Assembly (NCBI GenBank): GCA_001797465.1
Contig: MGPQ01000002.1
Span: forward strand, 32,410 to 96,409
Direction of reading: 5' to 3'
From: Deltaproteobacteria bacterium GWB2_55_19
Lineage (GTDB): Bacteria; Desulfobacterota; GWC2-55-46
Length of the DNA stretch: 64,000 nucleotides
The translations under genes and the position numbers were made by a program. Shown here piece by piece: positions 8,364-18,774 of the stretch; position 1 is the first letter of the stretch; every line of letters begins with the position of its first letter. Below the pieces are notes generated by a model. It saw only the letters and a list, made by a program, of their open reading frames with translations. It made no database searches and was not told the origin of the DNA.

Positions 8364-9896
8364 TTAAACGAACTTGAATTTTTTAAGCGCCGCTATGCAC
8401 ATCCGGAGCATGACGACGCCGTTCTGCAACCGCTTCGTCATCTTCGTTTCTCCGTAGACGCGCTCGAGGTAATGGACCGGCACTTCGATTATCTTAAGGT
8501 GGAGCTTCGCCGCGCCGAATATGAGCTCGTAGTCGCCCCACCTGTCTTCGACCCCCCAGGAGCCGAGTAGCCCCTTTACCCTCGGCCAGTCCTTTCTCCA
8601 TATGACCTTTGTGCCGCAGAGGGTGTCGGTGAGCCTCTGTCCGAGGAGGTACGAGAATGCCAGGCTGAAGAACTTGTTACCTATTATATTCAAGGTCCTC
8701 ATAGCCTGCTCCTGCATGGGGTATATCATGCGGGAGCCGTTTATGAACTCGCCCCTGCCCGAGGCTATGGCGTCGTAGAAGTACGGGAGCTCCTCGGGTA
8801 TGACGGTGAGATCGGCATCCAATATCATGAGTATGTCGCCTTTTGCCGCGTCGAACCCGGCCCAGACGTTCTTCGCCTTGCAGATGCCGGGGCCATTGAT
8901 GAGCCTGATGTTCTTTTCAGGATACAAGGCCATCATGCGCCTGACCTCGTCCGCGGTGCCGTCCGTGGACTTGTCGTCGCAGAATATTAGCTCGGTCCCC
9001 TTGCCCATCTCAGGCACGCGCTTTACCGCGTCCGCGATGTTCCCCTTCTCGTTCCTGCACGGGACGATGACGGAAACGGTATAGCCGTCAGCGGGCCTGT
9101 TCACAATCTTCTTCGCTACCGCTATCTGGAGGAAGCAGAGGCTCTTTATTACCGGGACCTTGGCGAGTATGTCGTTAAAGAACCACGAGACGGCCGGGAT
9201 GTTGACGGGAAAGAGCACCTGATGGTATTTTTTCACCACCTCGTATCCGGCGAGATAGAGCATGTTCTCGATTACCGGGAGGTTAAGCCAGTTCTGCGTT
9301 GGCTGGGGGACCTTCCATCCGAGCTTCTCGGCGGCCACGATGAGCGGCCTCCAGAGGTAGTTGTAGTTGATGACGATGAGTCGCGTGGAATCGTCGGCAG
9401 AGCGTCCGGCGTTTAAGAATGCCTTCTCTATGTCTATGATGTCGCCTAAGGTGTAAAAGACGATGTAGTCGAACTTCTCTTTCAGCTCGACATCCTCGGG
9501 GTCGGCGCACTCGAATGAGTATTTCGGGTACTTTTTCTTAGCGAACGATACCATCTTCTGGCAGATATCGACGCCGAGCGCCTTTTTGGGGGATAAGTCA
9601 GGTAGGACCTGGCCGAGCTCGGACCTGAAGAGGAGGACGTCCTTACCCGGCTCAACGATAAATTTGAGCGAGGACCCGAGCTTCTTGTAGAAGTAGCGGT
9701 TCTTTATTATCCACTTTTCGCGGACCTCGGCGATACTATCGTACGAGGCCCGGATGAGGGCCTTTCGCGACTCGATGTGCTCAAGCGCCCAGTTAGTCTC
9801 TTTCGGCTCTCCGCTCATCCTTCTCCTATGTGCATTCCAGGCCAGAGAGACAGCCGTGGGCCTCAAAACCAACGAAAAACTCTCATTTTTTACCAT
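8364..9896 (-). CDS. Bifunctional methyltransferase-like / family 2 glycosyltransferase (DPM1-like)
   Basis: N-terminal MT-like domain (ALGVDICQKMVSF). C-terminal GT2 domain (VSVIVPCRNEKGNI, CDDKSTDGT, ILMILDADL). Confidence 0.7.
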   Translation of the reverse strand: MVKNESFSLVLRPTAVSLAWNAHRRRMSGEPKETNWALEHIESRKALIRASYDSIAEVREKWIIKNRYFYKKLGSSLKFIVEPGKDVLLFRSELGQVLPDLSPKKALGVDICQKMVSFAKKKYPKYSFECADPEDVELKEKFDYIVFYTLGDIIDIEKAFLNAGRSADDSTRLIVINYNYLWRPLIVAAEKLGWKVPQPTQNWLNLPVIENMLYLAGYEVVKKYHQVLFPVNIPAVSWFFNDILAKVPVIKSLCFLQIAVAKKIVNRPADGYTVSVIVPCRNEKGNIADAVKRVPEMGKGTELIFCDDKSTDGTADEVRRMMALYPEKNIRLINGPGICKAKNVWAGFDAAKGDILMILDADLTVIPEELPYFYDAIASGRGEFINGSRMIYPMQEQAMRTLNIIGNKFFSLAFSYLLGQRLTDTLCGTKVIWRKDWPRVKGLLGSWGVEDRWGDYELIFGAAKLHLKIIEVPVHYLERVYGETKMTKRLQNGVVMLRMCIAALKKFKFV

Positions 9897-10048
9897 ATTC
9901 AGCCCTTGAAATCAACAGGGGCCTTGGCGCGGGCAGCGGTGTCCCTCAGAGTCTTTCGGCTTATTCCCTGATTTCATTAAGCTCTAATGCGGGTTGTTTT
10001 TAATATGAGCGCCTGGAAGGTACATGGGGACGGTTGTGAGGGCAAAAA

Positions 10049-10279
10049 ATGGCTAAAGTTTTAAATACCGCACCCGATATAAACAATAAGGAGTTTTTTA
10101 AAAAGGAGGGACTTGTGATAAAGGAAACCACGGCTCAAAAGTCTAAATACCTTTTAATGGCGTTGATCTCGCTCCTGGTGCTCGGGAACCTCGTTTATCT
10201 CCTTACGAACAACTCGGAGATTATTTTCAAGTACATGGCGGCCCTGGCCGACAAGCTCCACGGCAGAATGCAGCTCTGA
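10049..10279 (+). CDS. Small hypothetical membrane protein (76 aa)
   Basis: GAGGG RBS 7 nt upstream; one TM helix (LLMALISLLVLGNLVYLL); followed by a hairpin terminator. Locally low GC. Confidence 0.4.
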   Translation: MAKVLNTAPDINNKEFFKKEGLVIKETTAQKSKYLLMALISLLVLGNLVYLLTNNSEIIFKYMAALADKLHGRMQL

Positions 10280-10306
10280 AAGGCCGCTGAAACTTTGAAC
10301 ATAGTA

Positions 10307-10343
10307 ATAGCGGACGCCTCTCGCGTCCGCTATTATTTATTTC
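10307..10343 (+). terminator. Hairpin terminator between the convergent small ORF and the NAPRTase gene
   Basis: atagcggacgcctctcgcgtccgctat followed by TTATTTATTT. Confidence 0.5.
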
Positions 10344-11510
10344 CTACAAAGCCAGCCCCTTTATCGCCTGAAGCGCCCTCTCCCTTATTTTTTTAGGTTC
10401 TCCGAGGTCCGCTACTATCCTGCCCTCCGTTACAAGCGGATGGAAGAGGCTTGTAAACACGCCACCGCAGGCGCACTCACCCGTAGCGGCCCCTAAAGGG
10501 ATTATCTTTCTTTCATTGCAGGACGAACACTTGATAACGTCCTTCGCCCCTGACCACTTTCCCCGTTTCGCGACAGCCTCTCCATCAATCTCCATTATGT
10601 CCATGGCAAAGTCCACGACAGGGGCGTTACTGATGCAGGTGCCGACGCCGAAGGCGTCTACGATGGGCTTTAGCCTTATCACCTCGTCTTCGTCGAGCCC
10701 GCCGCTCGCGAAGAGCTTTACATCCTTAAAACCCCGGAGGTCGAGCTCCCATCTCACCTCCTCGAATATCCGGTAAAAGTCGCCCCTCCTTGAAGCGGGC
10801 GTATCAAGCCTGACCCCGTAAAGCCTCTCCTTCATCGCCCCGGCGACCCGCAATGCCTCGAACTTCTCGTCGTTAAAGGTGTCTATGAGCGCGACCCTCT
10901 TCACATCCCTGTCTATCACCTCATCAAACGCCCGCGTTGCCTCGACCGTATCCCCCATAACGAGTATGAGCGCGTGCGGCATGGTGCCCATTGGGTCGAC
11001 CTCCAGCAACTCCGCGCTCGCGATCACTGCGACCCCGTCGCACCCCCCTATGAAGGCGGCACGCTCTATCATCGGCGCTATGGCCGGGTGCATCCTTCTC
11101 GCCCCGAAGCTCGCGACCGTCCTGTCGCCAGCCGCAAGCCTTATCCTCGCTGACTTTGTCGCGACCCCGGTAGATTGACATATAAGGCCTAAAAGCGCGG
11201 TCTCGAATACGCAAAAATCCGCGTATCTCCCCTCTATTTCTGCGACCGGCTCCCAGGGGTAGAAGACCTCGCCTTCCCTGAAAGACCTTATGTTCACCGG
11301 CTTGCCTTCCATAAGACGCGCGACCTCCTCTATCCCCGCGAGCACTCCCCAGCCGTAGTTGACGGGCAGTTTCTTCGCGAAGAACTCGGCCCTGACCCTT
11401 TTCTCGATCCCCTTCACTTTAAGTATTTCGAGGGTCCGCGCAAAGTATACGTCGGTCACGCGTCCGCCCTTTATATCCTCGTCGCTTGCTATGTGGAACC
11501 TATGTTTCAT
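10344..11510 (-). CDS. Nicotinate phosphoribosyltransferase family protein (archaeal-type NAPRTase) with a C-terminal Cys cluster
   Basis: 388 aa with family motifs (FGARRMHP, GTMPHALI). C-terminal CSSCNERK...CACGG suggests an extra zinc ribbon. Confidence 0.55.
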   Translation of the reverse strand: MKHRFHIASDEDIKGGRVTDVYFARTLEILKVKGIEKRVRAEFFAKKLPVNYGWGVLAGIEEVARLMEGKPVNIRSFREGEVFYPWEPVAEIEGRYADFCVFETALLGLICQSTGVATKSARIRLAAGDRTVASFGARRMHPAIAPMIERAAFIGGCDGVAVIASAELLEVDPMGTMPHALILVMGDTVEATRAFDEVIDRDVKRVALIDTFNDEKFEALRVAGAMKERLYGVRLDTPASRRGDFYRIFEEVRWELDLRGFKDVKLFASGGLDEDEVIRLKPIVDAFGVGTCISNAPVVDFAMDIMEIDGEAVAKRGKWSGAKDVIKCSSCNERKIIPLGAATGECACGGVFTSLFHPLVTEGRIVADLGEPKKIRERALQAIKGLAL

Positions 11511-11529
11511 AAGCCTCCTTATATCATTA

Positions 11530-12195
11530 TCATCCCCGTCTCTTGAAAGGCCGGATGAGGAACACCCCTAGGATGCCCGCGAGAAACCCTCCTATATGGG
11601 CGTACCAGGCGATGCCGCCGGAGGCTACGCCAGAGCTCAATATCTGCATCAAAAACCAGAAGCCCAGGAATACTACGGCCGGTATGCGGGCGACGGATAC
11701 GAAGAAGATGAGGAATACGAGCGTCTTTATCTGAGCCCTCGGGAACATCAGGAAGTACGCGCCGAGGACCCCGGCGACCGCTCCGCTCGCGCCTATCATG
11801 GGGACCGTCGAAGTTGGTTCCATCATTATGTGAGAGAGGCTCGCGACAACCCCGGTCACGAGATAGAAGACAAAAAACGTGAAGTGTCCGAACGCGTCCT
11901 CGACGTTGTCGCCGAATACCCAGAGAAAGAGCATGTTGCCGGCTATGTGAAAAAGCCCCCCATGGACGAACATGGCTGTGAGGAGCGTAAAAGGCGGTGG
12001 CACGAACGCCCTCGGGGCCGCGTCAATGAGATGCGTTATCTCGTAGGGTATCGCGGCGGTCCTAAGGACGAACCCCTCCCCTCCAGGCATCCCGAGCATT
12101 ATCTCGTATATGAATACGAGCGAGTTGATTACTATTATCGCTATGGTTACGAAAGGGACGGTGCTCGATGGGATGTCGTCCTTGAGAGGTATCAT
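11530..12195 (-). CDS. Rhomboid family intramembrane serine protease
   Basis: GASGAVAG catalytic Ser motif, a His in the last TM (AHIGGFLAGI), 6 TM helices. Confidence 0.85.
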   Translation of the reverse strand: MIPLKDDIPSSTVPFVTIAIIVINSLVFIYEIMLGMPGGEGFVLRTAAIPYEITHLIDAAPRAFVPPPFTLLTAMFVHGGLFHIAGNMLFLWVFGDNVEDAFGHFTFFVFYLVTGVVASLSHIMMEPTSTVPMIGASGAVAGVLGAYFLMFPRAQIKTLVFLIFFVSVARIPAVVFLGFWFLMQILSSGVASGGIAWYAHIGGFLAGILGVFLIRPFKRRG

Positions 12196-12522
12196 TCGCT
12201 TCCGCCGAAGGGGTTAATAGTCGTGTTCCTGCGGACCCACGGTCTCGCGCCGCTTATCCGGGCCTCTGTCAACGAGGGAATGCCCGGTCCGCCACAGTCT
12301 TGGGTATCAACAGTTACTTAGCATTGACCTCTGTCTTTGTCAAGGCCGGGCCAGAATATCCGGAGACTCCTGTCACCCATATTATCACCTTACGCTGGAT
12401 GTGAACTCTGCCCGTCCGGCAAGGACCCGGCGAGGACCATTTGACAACTTTTCGGATTCTGATACGCTTAAGCTAACAGCCTGTTCATGGGGCTCAAAAA
12501 AGAGGTCGAAAGGAATTCAGGC

Positions 12523-13044
12523 ATGGAGAGGAAAGGCGCAGTCACATTCAAGGGGAACCCGTTAACGCTCCTCGGCTCTGAGCTTAATAAAGGAGACAAG
12601 GCCCCGGACTTCAAGGCGATAGGCAAGGACCTGAAAGAGGTTCAGTTAAAGGACTTCTCCGGCAAGGCGAAGATCATAAGCGTAACGCCCTCGCTCGACA
12701 CCCCTGTATGCGACGCGCAGGCGCGGCGCTTCAACCAGGAGGCCGCAAAGCTCCCCGGCGGCGTCGCGGTCATCAATATCAGCATGGACCTCCCCTTTGC
12801 AATCAGCCGGTTCTGCTCGAGTGCGGGGATAGAGAAGGTGCAGACCCTTTCGGACCACAGGGACGCGTCTTTCGGAATTAACTACGGGGTGCTCATAAAG
12901 GAGCTCCGGTTGCTCGCGCGCTCGATATTCGTCATAGACTCTAACGACGTGATACGCCATATCGAAATCGTCAAGGAAGTCACCTCAACGGTAGACTTTG
13001 ACGCGGCGCTAAAGGCGGCAGAAGCACTCCTCACCAGAAGATGA
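12523..13044 (+). CDS. tpx: Thiol peroxidase (atypical 2-Cys peroxiredoxin Tpx)
   Basis: GDKAPDF, SLDTPVCDAQ (peroxidatic Cys), ISRFCS (resolving Cys). ORF track starts at 12487; ATG 12523 has AGGAA upstream. Confidence 0.8.
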   Translation: MERKGAVTFKGNPLTLLGSELNKGDKAPDFKAIGKDLKEVQLKDFSGKAKIISVTPSLDTPVCDAQARRFNQEAAKLPGGVAVINISMDLPFAISRFCSSAGIEKVQTLSDHRDASFGINYGVLIKELRLLARSIFVIDSNDVIRHIEIVKEVTSTVDFDAALKAAEALLTRR

Positions 13045-13196
13045 ATTTCTGGCTACCTCTGCAAATAACAATTTTTAGAGGTAGCCTTATTGAAGACCAG
13101 CGGCCTCAGGGACGCGGCTTTTAAGCCGCGCCTTAAAGCCCTTAAATAGATGCGCGGCATCGCGTGTGCATTGGGCCTACCGGACGGAGAACCCTG

Positions 13197-13913
13197 ATGA
13201 TTACGCTCAGAAGCCCTGATGAGATATTCAAGGCCCAAGGCGAAATCGAAGAAGGCACCTTCCAGGGCCGCTGGCACTTTTCTTTCGGGGACTACCGCGA
13301 CAGGAAACACACGCGCTTCGGCGCGCTCCGCGTATTCAACGACGACACACTCTCCCCCGGAGCAATCTGGCCGCTCCACCCCCATAGAGAAATAGAGGTC
13401 GTCACCTACTGCGCCGGCGGCGAGTTCAGGCATGCCGATGAGAACGGCAGGGGCGGGGTGCTCAAAAAAGGCGGCGTCCAGCATACGACCGTTGGCCGGG
13501 GGATGTGGCACTCTGAGATAAACAACCGCTCTGACGCCCCGATGCGCTTCATCCAGATGTGGTTCTATCCGTCCGCAGAGGGGCTTAAGCCCTCGGTCGA
13601 GCAGAGGCACTTCGAGCGGAAAGACCGCTTCAACAGGCTACTGCCTATCGTTTCGCCGGTACACAAAGGCGCACTCCCCATACAATCTAACGCGCGCGTA
13701 TTCGCTTTATTCCTCGAAAAGGGGCGCGCGACCGACTACCGCATGGAGGCCGGTAGAGGAGCCTATGTCTATATGCTTGAAGGGGGCCCGGCGCGGATAA
13801 ACGAAAGGCTTGTCTACGAATTCGGCGCGGCGATGATAATGGATGAGACCGACATCTTCTTCCGCGCCGAAAAGGACGCGGAGATGCTCCTTATCGACGT
13901 CGCGCTCTCGTAA
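13197..13913 (+). CDS. Pirin family (cupin) protein
   Basis: Metal-binding HPHREIEVVTY...E and WHFSFGDY motifs. ATG 13197 has a GGAGA RBS (ORF track starts at 13164). Confidence 0.8.
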   Translation: MITLRSPDEIFKAQGEIEEGTFQGRWHFSFGDYRDRKHTRFGALRVFNDDTLSPGAIWPLHPHREIEVVTYCAGGEFRHADENGRGGVLKKGGVQHTTVGRGMWHSEINNRSDAPMRFIQMWFYPSAEGLKPSVEQRHFERKDRFNRLLPIVSPVHKGALPIQSNARVFALFLEKGRATDYRMEAGRGAYVYMLEGGPARINERLVYEFGAAMIMDETDIFFRAEKDAEMLLIDVALS

Positions 13914-13960
13914 AAGATTGGCCAGCCCTCCCCCCTGCAATGATACCGGGGGTTTGTATT

Positions 13961-14785
13961 TTAGGGCTTATAATAGAGGAGTTCCCTCGCGAACGGGGAG
14001 ACTATCTGGGCGATGCGCTGTATCTCTTTGTGCTTGAGCGAGAAGAAGTTCGAGGCGAGCTCGGCGTTCTCTCTCAGCTGTTCGATGTTGTCCGCGCCTA
14101 TTACGGCGGTCGCGACCGGCTGAGTGAGCGCGTAGTTGAAGAGGAGCTTTTTCGGCGCATCCCAGAGGCCTCTAAGGTAGGTCTTCATGGCGACGACACC
14201 TATGTCCTTTGCGCCGGCTATTGGGACTATCTCTTCGATGAAAGGCTTGTAGTGCTGTTCAGCTGGGTTGACCGGGATTAGGACGGTATCGAAGTCGAAC
14301 GCCTCGAGACAGCGCTTTAATATGAGCGGGTCCTGGTGGCCTGTAACGCCTATGAAGCGGACCTTTCCTGCCGCCTTTGCCTCAACGAACGCCTCGAGCG
14401 CGCCATTGGCGCCGAAGATGACGTTAAAGTCGTCCTCGGTCCTGACGTCGTGTATCTGCCAGACGTCGAGGTAGTCGGTCTTCATGTTCTTGAGCGTCTC
14501 GTCGAGGTGTGCGAGAGCGCCTTTCCTGTCCCGCGCGTGAGATTTGGAGGCGAGATAAATTTTATCCCTCTTGCCCTTGAGCGCCTCTCCGTAGTAGATT
14601 TCGCTCCCGGCGTAGGCGCGGGCGGATTCCAGGTAGTTGATCCCTAAATCGATGGCCTCGGATATCATCTCCATCGCGGCCTTTTCCTGGCCGTAGCTCC
14701 TTAATAGCCCCTCGCCGCCGAGCCCGAGTATCGTCACTTCGAGTCCGGTCTTTCCAAGCCTTCTCTTCGGTATAGGTTTTTCCAT
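13961..14785 (-). CDS. Aldo/keto reductase
   Basis: RRLGKTGLEVTILGLGG, YLDVWQIHD and NAD(P)-binding tail typical of the AKR superfamily. Confidence 0.85.
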   Translation of the reverse strand: MEKPIPKRRLGKTGLEVTILGLGGEGLLRSYGQEKAAMEMISEAIDLGINYLESARAYAGSEIYYGEALKGKRDKIYLASKSHARDRKGALAHLDETLKNMKTDYLDVWQIHDVRTEDDFNVIFGANGALEAFVEAKAAGKVRFIGVTGHQDPLILKRCLEAFDFDTVLIPVNPAEQHYKPFIEEIVPIAGAKDIGVVAMKTYLRGLWDAPKKLLFNYALTQPVATAVIGADNIEQLRENAELASNFFSLKHKEIQRIAQIVSPFARELLYYKP

Positions 14786-14968
14786 AGCAAGAGATTATAC
14801 CAATAATTCGGCTTGAGTACACTATTTTCAAGAGCGGGGAAGGGCGGGATATGGATCAAGGGCCGGACATACGGCTGTCACTGCCCGGGTGCGGCTACGG
14901 CAACCAGGCCTTTGCGTCCGGCGCTTACTTGAACCGGACGGGTTCCGGCAGAGGCGTATTCAAGGCCC

Positions 14969-15247
14969 TTAGCGCTTATTCGAACCTCTCCCGCTCCCCG
15001 GCCATCTCCTCGACCTCTGGAGGGAGTGTATCCTCTCGTCCATCCTGCCTACGATAGAGAAGAGGTTCCGAGCCTCCTCCTCGTAGGTTAAGAGCCGCAA
15101 TTCCGGCCCCGCATGGGTATAGCCCTTGCCGTCCTTCTTGCCGCACTTGCAGACCTGGCAGTCGCAGTCGCATTCCTTTCCGGGCTTCTTGCCGTCTTCG
15201 GAGCCGCCCGCGACCATATCTATTACTATCCTGTTTTTCGGTTCCAT
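14969..15247 (-). CDS. Small cysteine-cluster protein (metallothionein-like CDCDCQVCKC motif)
   Basis: Strong RBS AGGAGG 6 nt upstream of ATG 15247. Residues 25-35 are ECDCDCQVCKC flanked by Lys/Gly. Lies 32 nt downstream of the HAD-like gene on the same strand. Confidence 0.5.
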   Translation of the reverse strand: MEPKNRIVIDMVAGGSEDGKKPGKECDCDCQVCKCGKKDGKGYTHAGPELRLLTYEEEARNLFSIVGRMDERIHSLQRSRRWPGSGRGSNKR

Positions 15248-15278
15248 GATACGCCTCCTTTCAAGGTTGGAGAAGCGT

Positions 15279-15638
15279 TCAGTCCCAGTAAAAACTCCTG
15301 CCTGAAGATATCAGTTCCGCGACCAGTATGGGGTCGGCCGGCATCATACCCGAGGTGTGCATGGGCACCTTATAGACCCTCCCCGGCATCCAGCCCTCCG
15401 GCTCGTCGTCTACGCAGACGTCAGGCCTGAAAGGTATGGCGCCCTTTCTGTATACCTCGCCATCTATCCCGGTCTGCCTCAAGACCTCCCTGTAATAATC
15501 GACGGGCCCGCTCGTCCAGAAGCTTACATCTATGCCTGATGCCCTTAAACTACTTATCGTCTCTTTTATGCCCGGCCTTAAGGCCATATCGAGCGCGCCA
15601 AAGACCGTGCCGTTTAAATCGAAGATGATATGCATCAA
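15279..15638 (-). CDS. Small HAD-superfamily hydrolase-like protein
   Basis: Motif I HIIFDLNGTV at the N-terminus. A TATAAT -10 element and AAGGGGG RBS lie upstream. Confidence 0.5.
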   Translation of the reverse strand: MMHIIFDLNGTVFGALDMALRPGIKETISSLRASGIDVSFWTSGPVDYYREVLRQTGIDGEVYRKGAIPFRPDVCVDDEPEGWMPGRVYKVPMHTSGMMPADPILVAELISSGRSFYWD

Positions 15639-15782
15639 TGCCCCCTTTACACAGCATAGATTATACGGGAGGGCCGATTAAAAGGAGATTAGAGCGAAAA
15701 GTGACATGAATATAGAAGGTTATACTGACAGCACTGACAGCAAGGCGGGCGGATTAAAAGGAATGGCAAGGGCGCAAGGCCA

Positions 15783-15820
15783 CAATAAAACGCCCGGGGG
15801 CTTAACAGCAAGGGGCGTTA
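15783..15820 (-). terminator. Putative terminator downstream of the cytb561-RR-HK operon
   Basis: Minus strand: aacgccc-loop-gggcgtt followed by TTTTATTG. Confidence 0.35.
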
Positions 15821-15848
15821 AGATAGGGGATATGAAAATTTTCAGGGT

Positions 15849-17264
15849 TCAGGCAACCGCGTCCCCGGTCTCCGGGTTTTTTGGCAGATAGACGTTGAAC
15901 GTGGTGCCGCTCCCTAACCGGCTCTTGACCTCGATCTTTCCGCCGTGGGCCTCTACGATGGTCCTTACGATGGAGAGCCCGAGCCCGCTGCCGACGGTAA
16001 TGCCCCTGCTCGCGTCGACCCTGTAGAACCTGTCGAAAATCTTCTCCTGTTCTCCCTCAGGGATACCTATTCCCGTGTCGGAGACCGAGATGAGCGCGCC
16101 GCCATTCGATTCATTGACGCTTATCTCGACCCTGCCCTGGGGCTTGTTGTACTTGAGCGCGTTCTCGACGATATTCGTGAAGACCTCGGTCAACCCTTCC
16201 CTGTCGCCGCTTATGAACACATTCGTCCCTTCGAGCTTTATGCCTATGCCCTTGCTTGCGGCCGAGTGCTCTATGAGCTTCAATACGTCTTTCATGAGGT
16301 CCATGAGGTCCATCCTCACGGGCTTGAACTGGATGGTCTTGTTATCCAGCCTCGATATGACGAGTATCCTGTTTATGATGTCGCACATGCGGTTTACGGT
16401 ATCGCCTATCTTCCTTATCGCCTCCTTGTAGTCGCCCGGTCCCCTCTCGCGCCCAAGCGTCACGTCGCAGAAGCTCTTTATGATGGAGGTAGGGGTCCGG
16501 AGCTCGTGCGAAGCGTCGGATAAGAACTGCTTCTGGCGCGAGAACGACTCCTCAAGCCTGCCGAGCATGGTGTTGAAGGATGCGGCGAGCGGCTTCAACT
16601 CAATTGCGACCCCCCTCTCCTCGACCCTCTCAGCGAGGTTTTTCTCGGTGATCTGTCCGATCTTCCGGGTAAAGGCCCGTATGGGCTTCAAGGCCCATCC
16701 TGTCATGAGGAATACCCCTATGCCGCAGATGACGAAGACCACCGGGAAGATGGCGAGTACAACGTTCCTGAACGAGCTCAAGACCTCCTGGGTGTCCTCG
16801 AGCGAGTCGGCGGCCTGGAAGGTGAGCCTTCCGACCGAGAACCGGAACGACTGGCTTATGAGCCTCATGTGCTCGTTGCCGGGCCCGATTATGGTCCTGA
16901 ACTCGCCCTGCTCGGACCCCGTGTAGACCGGGAGCGTCTCATCGGCGAGCGCGAGCGACGGGGAGCGCACAAGGATATTGCCGTCCTCGGAGATCAGCTG
17001 GTAATAGTGGCCGGAGAGCTTCTCGGCATACACGCCTGTCACCGCCGCGGCGAGCTCCTGCAGTTCGCTCTCAAGCTGTCCCTGGGCCTCTTCAATGGCC
17101 ATGAGGTTCGCTATCGTGTCGACCTCGGACTGGAGGTGCTCGTCGGCCAGGTGGATCGTCACCTCGCCGAGCTTGTAGTAGAGGAATAGCTCTATGCCCG
17201 CGAAGAATATCGAGAAGACGACAAGGAACCATACTACTATCCGGAGCTTTATCGAGTTGAACAT
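15849..17264 (-). CDS. Sensor histidine kinase (CusS/CopS-like; TM-periplasmic-TM-HAMP-HisKA-HATPase)
   Basis: H-box SHELRTP; N, G1, G2 boxes (ENALKYN, DTGIGI, GSGLGLS); two TM segments. Confidence 0.85.
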   Translation of the reverse strand: MFNSIKLRIVVWFLVVFSIFFAGIELFLYYKLGEVTIHLADEHLQSEVDTIANLMAIEEAQGQLESELQELAAAVTGVYAEKLSGHYYQLISEDGNILVRSPSLALADETLPVYTGSEQGEFRTIIGPGNEHMRLISQSFRFSVGRLTFQAADSLEDTQEVLSSFRNVVLAIFPVVFVICGIGVFLMTGWALKPIRAFTRKIGQITEKNLAERVEERGVAIELKPLAASFNTMLGRLEESFSRQKQFLSDASHELRTPTSIIKSFCDVTLGRERGPGDYKEAIRKIGDTVNRMCDIINRILVISRLDNKTIQFKPVRMDLMDLMKDVLKLIEHSAASKGIGIKLEGTNVFISGDREGLTEVFTNIVENALKYNKPQGRVEISVNESNGGALISVSDTGIGIPEGEQEKIFDRFYRVDASRGITVGSGLGLSIVRTIVEAHGGKIEVKSRLGSGTTFNVYLPKNPETGDAVA

Positions 17265-17269
17265 CCCCC

Positions 17270-17941
<672 letters not shown>

Positions 17942-17968
17942 TTTTTAGCTCCTTTTTTTGGGTGACGG

Positions 17969-18640
17969 TCATTCCTTCGGAAAGTACTTCTTTCCGTGCA
18001 CCATCGATGACAAGAGCCCTGTCTTCTCCGAGACCTCGTGTACGACGAGGCCGACGAGGTGCGCGAAGATGAAAAAAATGATATACAGGAAACCCGCCTC
18101 GTGGACCTCTTCGAGCGCGCCGGAGACCGCCTCTACCACCTCCTCGCCCATGCCGGCGAAAAGACCGGAGAGCGGCCCTGTCTTGAGCTCGGCCCCTGAG
18201 AGGACGAGCCCCGTCACACACTGGCTCGCGAGCGCGACGAATAAGACGACATAGAATATCGAGGCGAGCGGGTCGTGCCCTATCGCGCGAGCGGGACTCC
18301 CCTTAAGGCCGCTCAAGTACCACCTTATGTCCCGGACTATCCCCGCCCTCTGCTCGCGCCTTACGGGGACGATATCCGCCCACCTCGCGTAAGAGTTCCC
18401 GGCAAAGGCCCAGATGACGCGTAGCGAAAATGTGGCGATGAACGCGAACCCGACATAGGCGTGCGCGAAGTTGAGCTGGCGCCTTAACGGCTTTTCCACC
18501 CCGAGCAGTTCCATGCCTTCTTTTCCGAGCATGAGGAGCGCGAGCGTTATGACGAGCAGGGCGTTTATCCAGTGGAGAACGCGGGTCTGCCAGTCCCACG
18601 CGTCGACCATGATGCGCTCTTTTTCTTCTCTCCCCACCAT
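17969..18640 (-). CDS. Cytochrome b561 / Ni-Fe-hydrogenase b-type cytochrome family membrane protein
   Basis: 4 TM helices with a conserved His pattern (HWINALLV, HAYVGF, HLVGLVVHE). Confidence 0.65.
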   Translation of the reverse strand: MVGREEKERIMVDAWDWQTRVLHWINALLVITLALLMLGKEGMELLGVEKPLRRQLNFAHAYVGFAFIATFSLRVIWAFAGNSYARWADIVPVRREQRAGIVRDIRWYLSGLKGSPARAIGHDPLASIFYVVLFVALASQCVTGLVLSGAELKTGPLSGLFAGMGEEVVEAVSGALEEVHEAGFLYIIFFIFAHLVGLVVHEVSEKTGLLSSMVHGKKYFPKE

Positions 18641-18774
18641 CAGGTTCCTTTCACGGGATAACGGCCTCGTACATATTCATCTCCCCTCAGGCCCCTGGAG
18701 ATCCTATCACATTCAGATTAAAAACTGATTAGACAGGCTGTAATTCGCGTATAAAACAAGGTAGTTACCGTATT

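Noticed and set aside
12487-12522. Upstream ATG for tpx (and analogous upstream starts for pirin 13164, usp 43857, DUF4412 44353, rsmE 54641, ftsB 60920)
   Set aside because: No SD at the upstream starts. The internal ATGs have AGGA/GGAG-type RBS and give canonical protein lengths.
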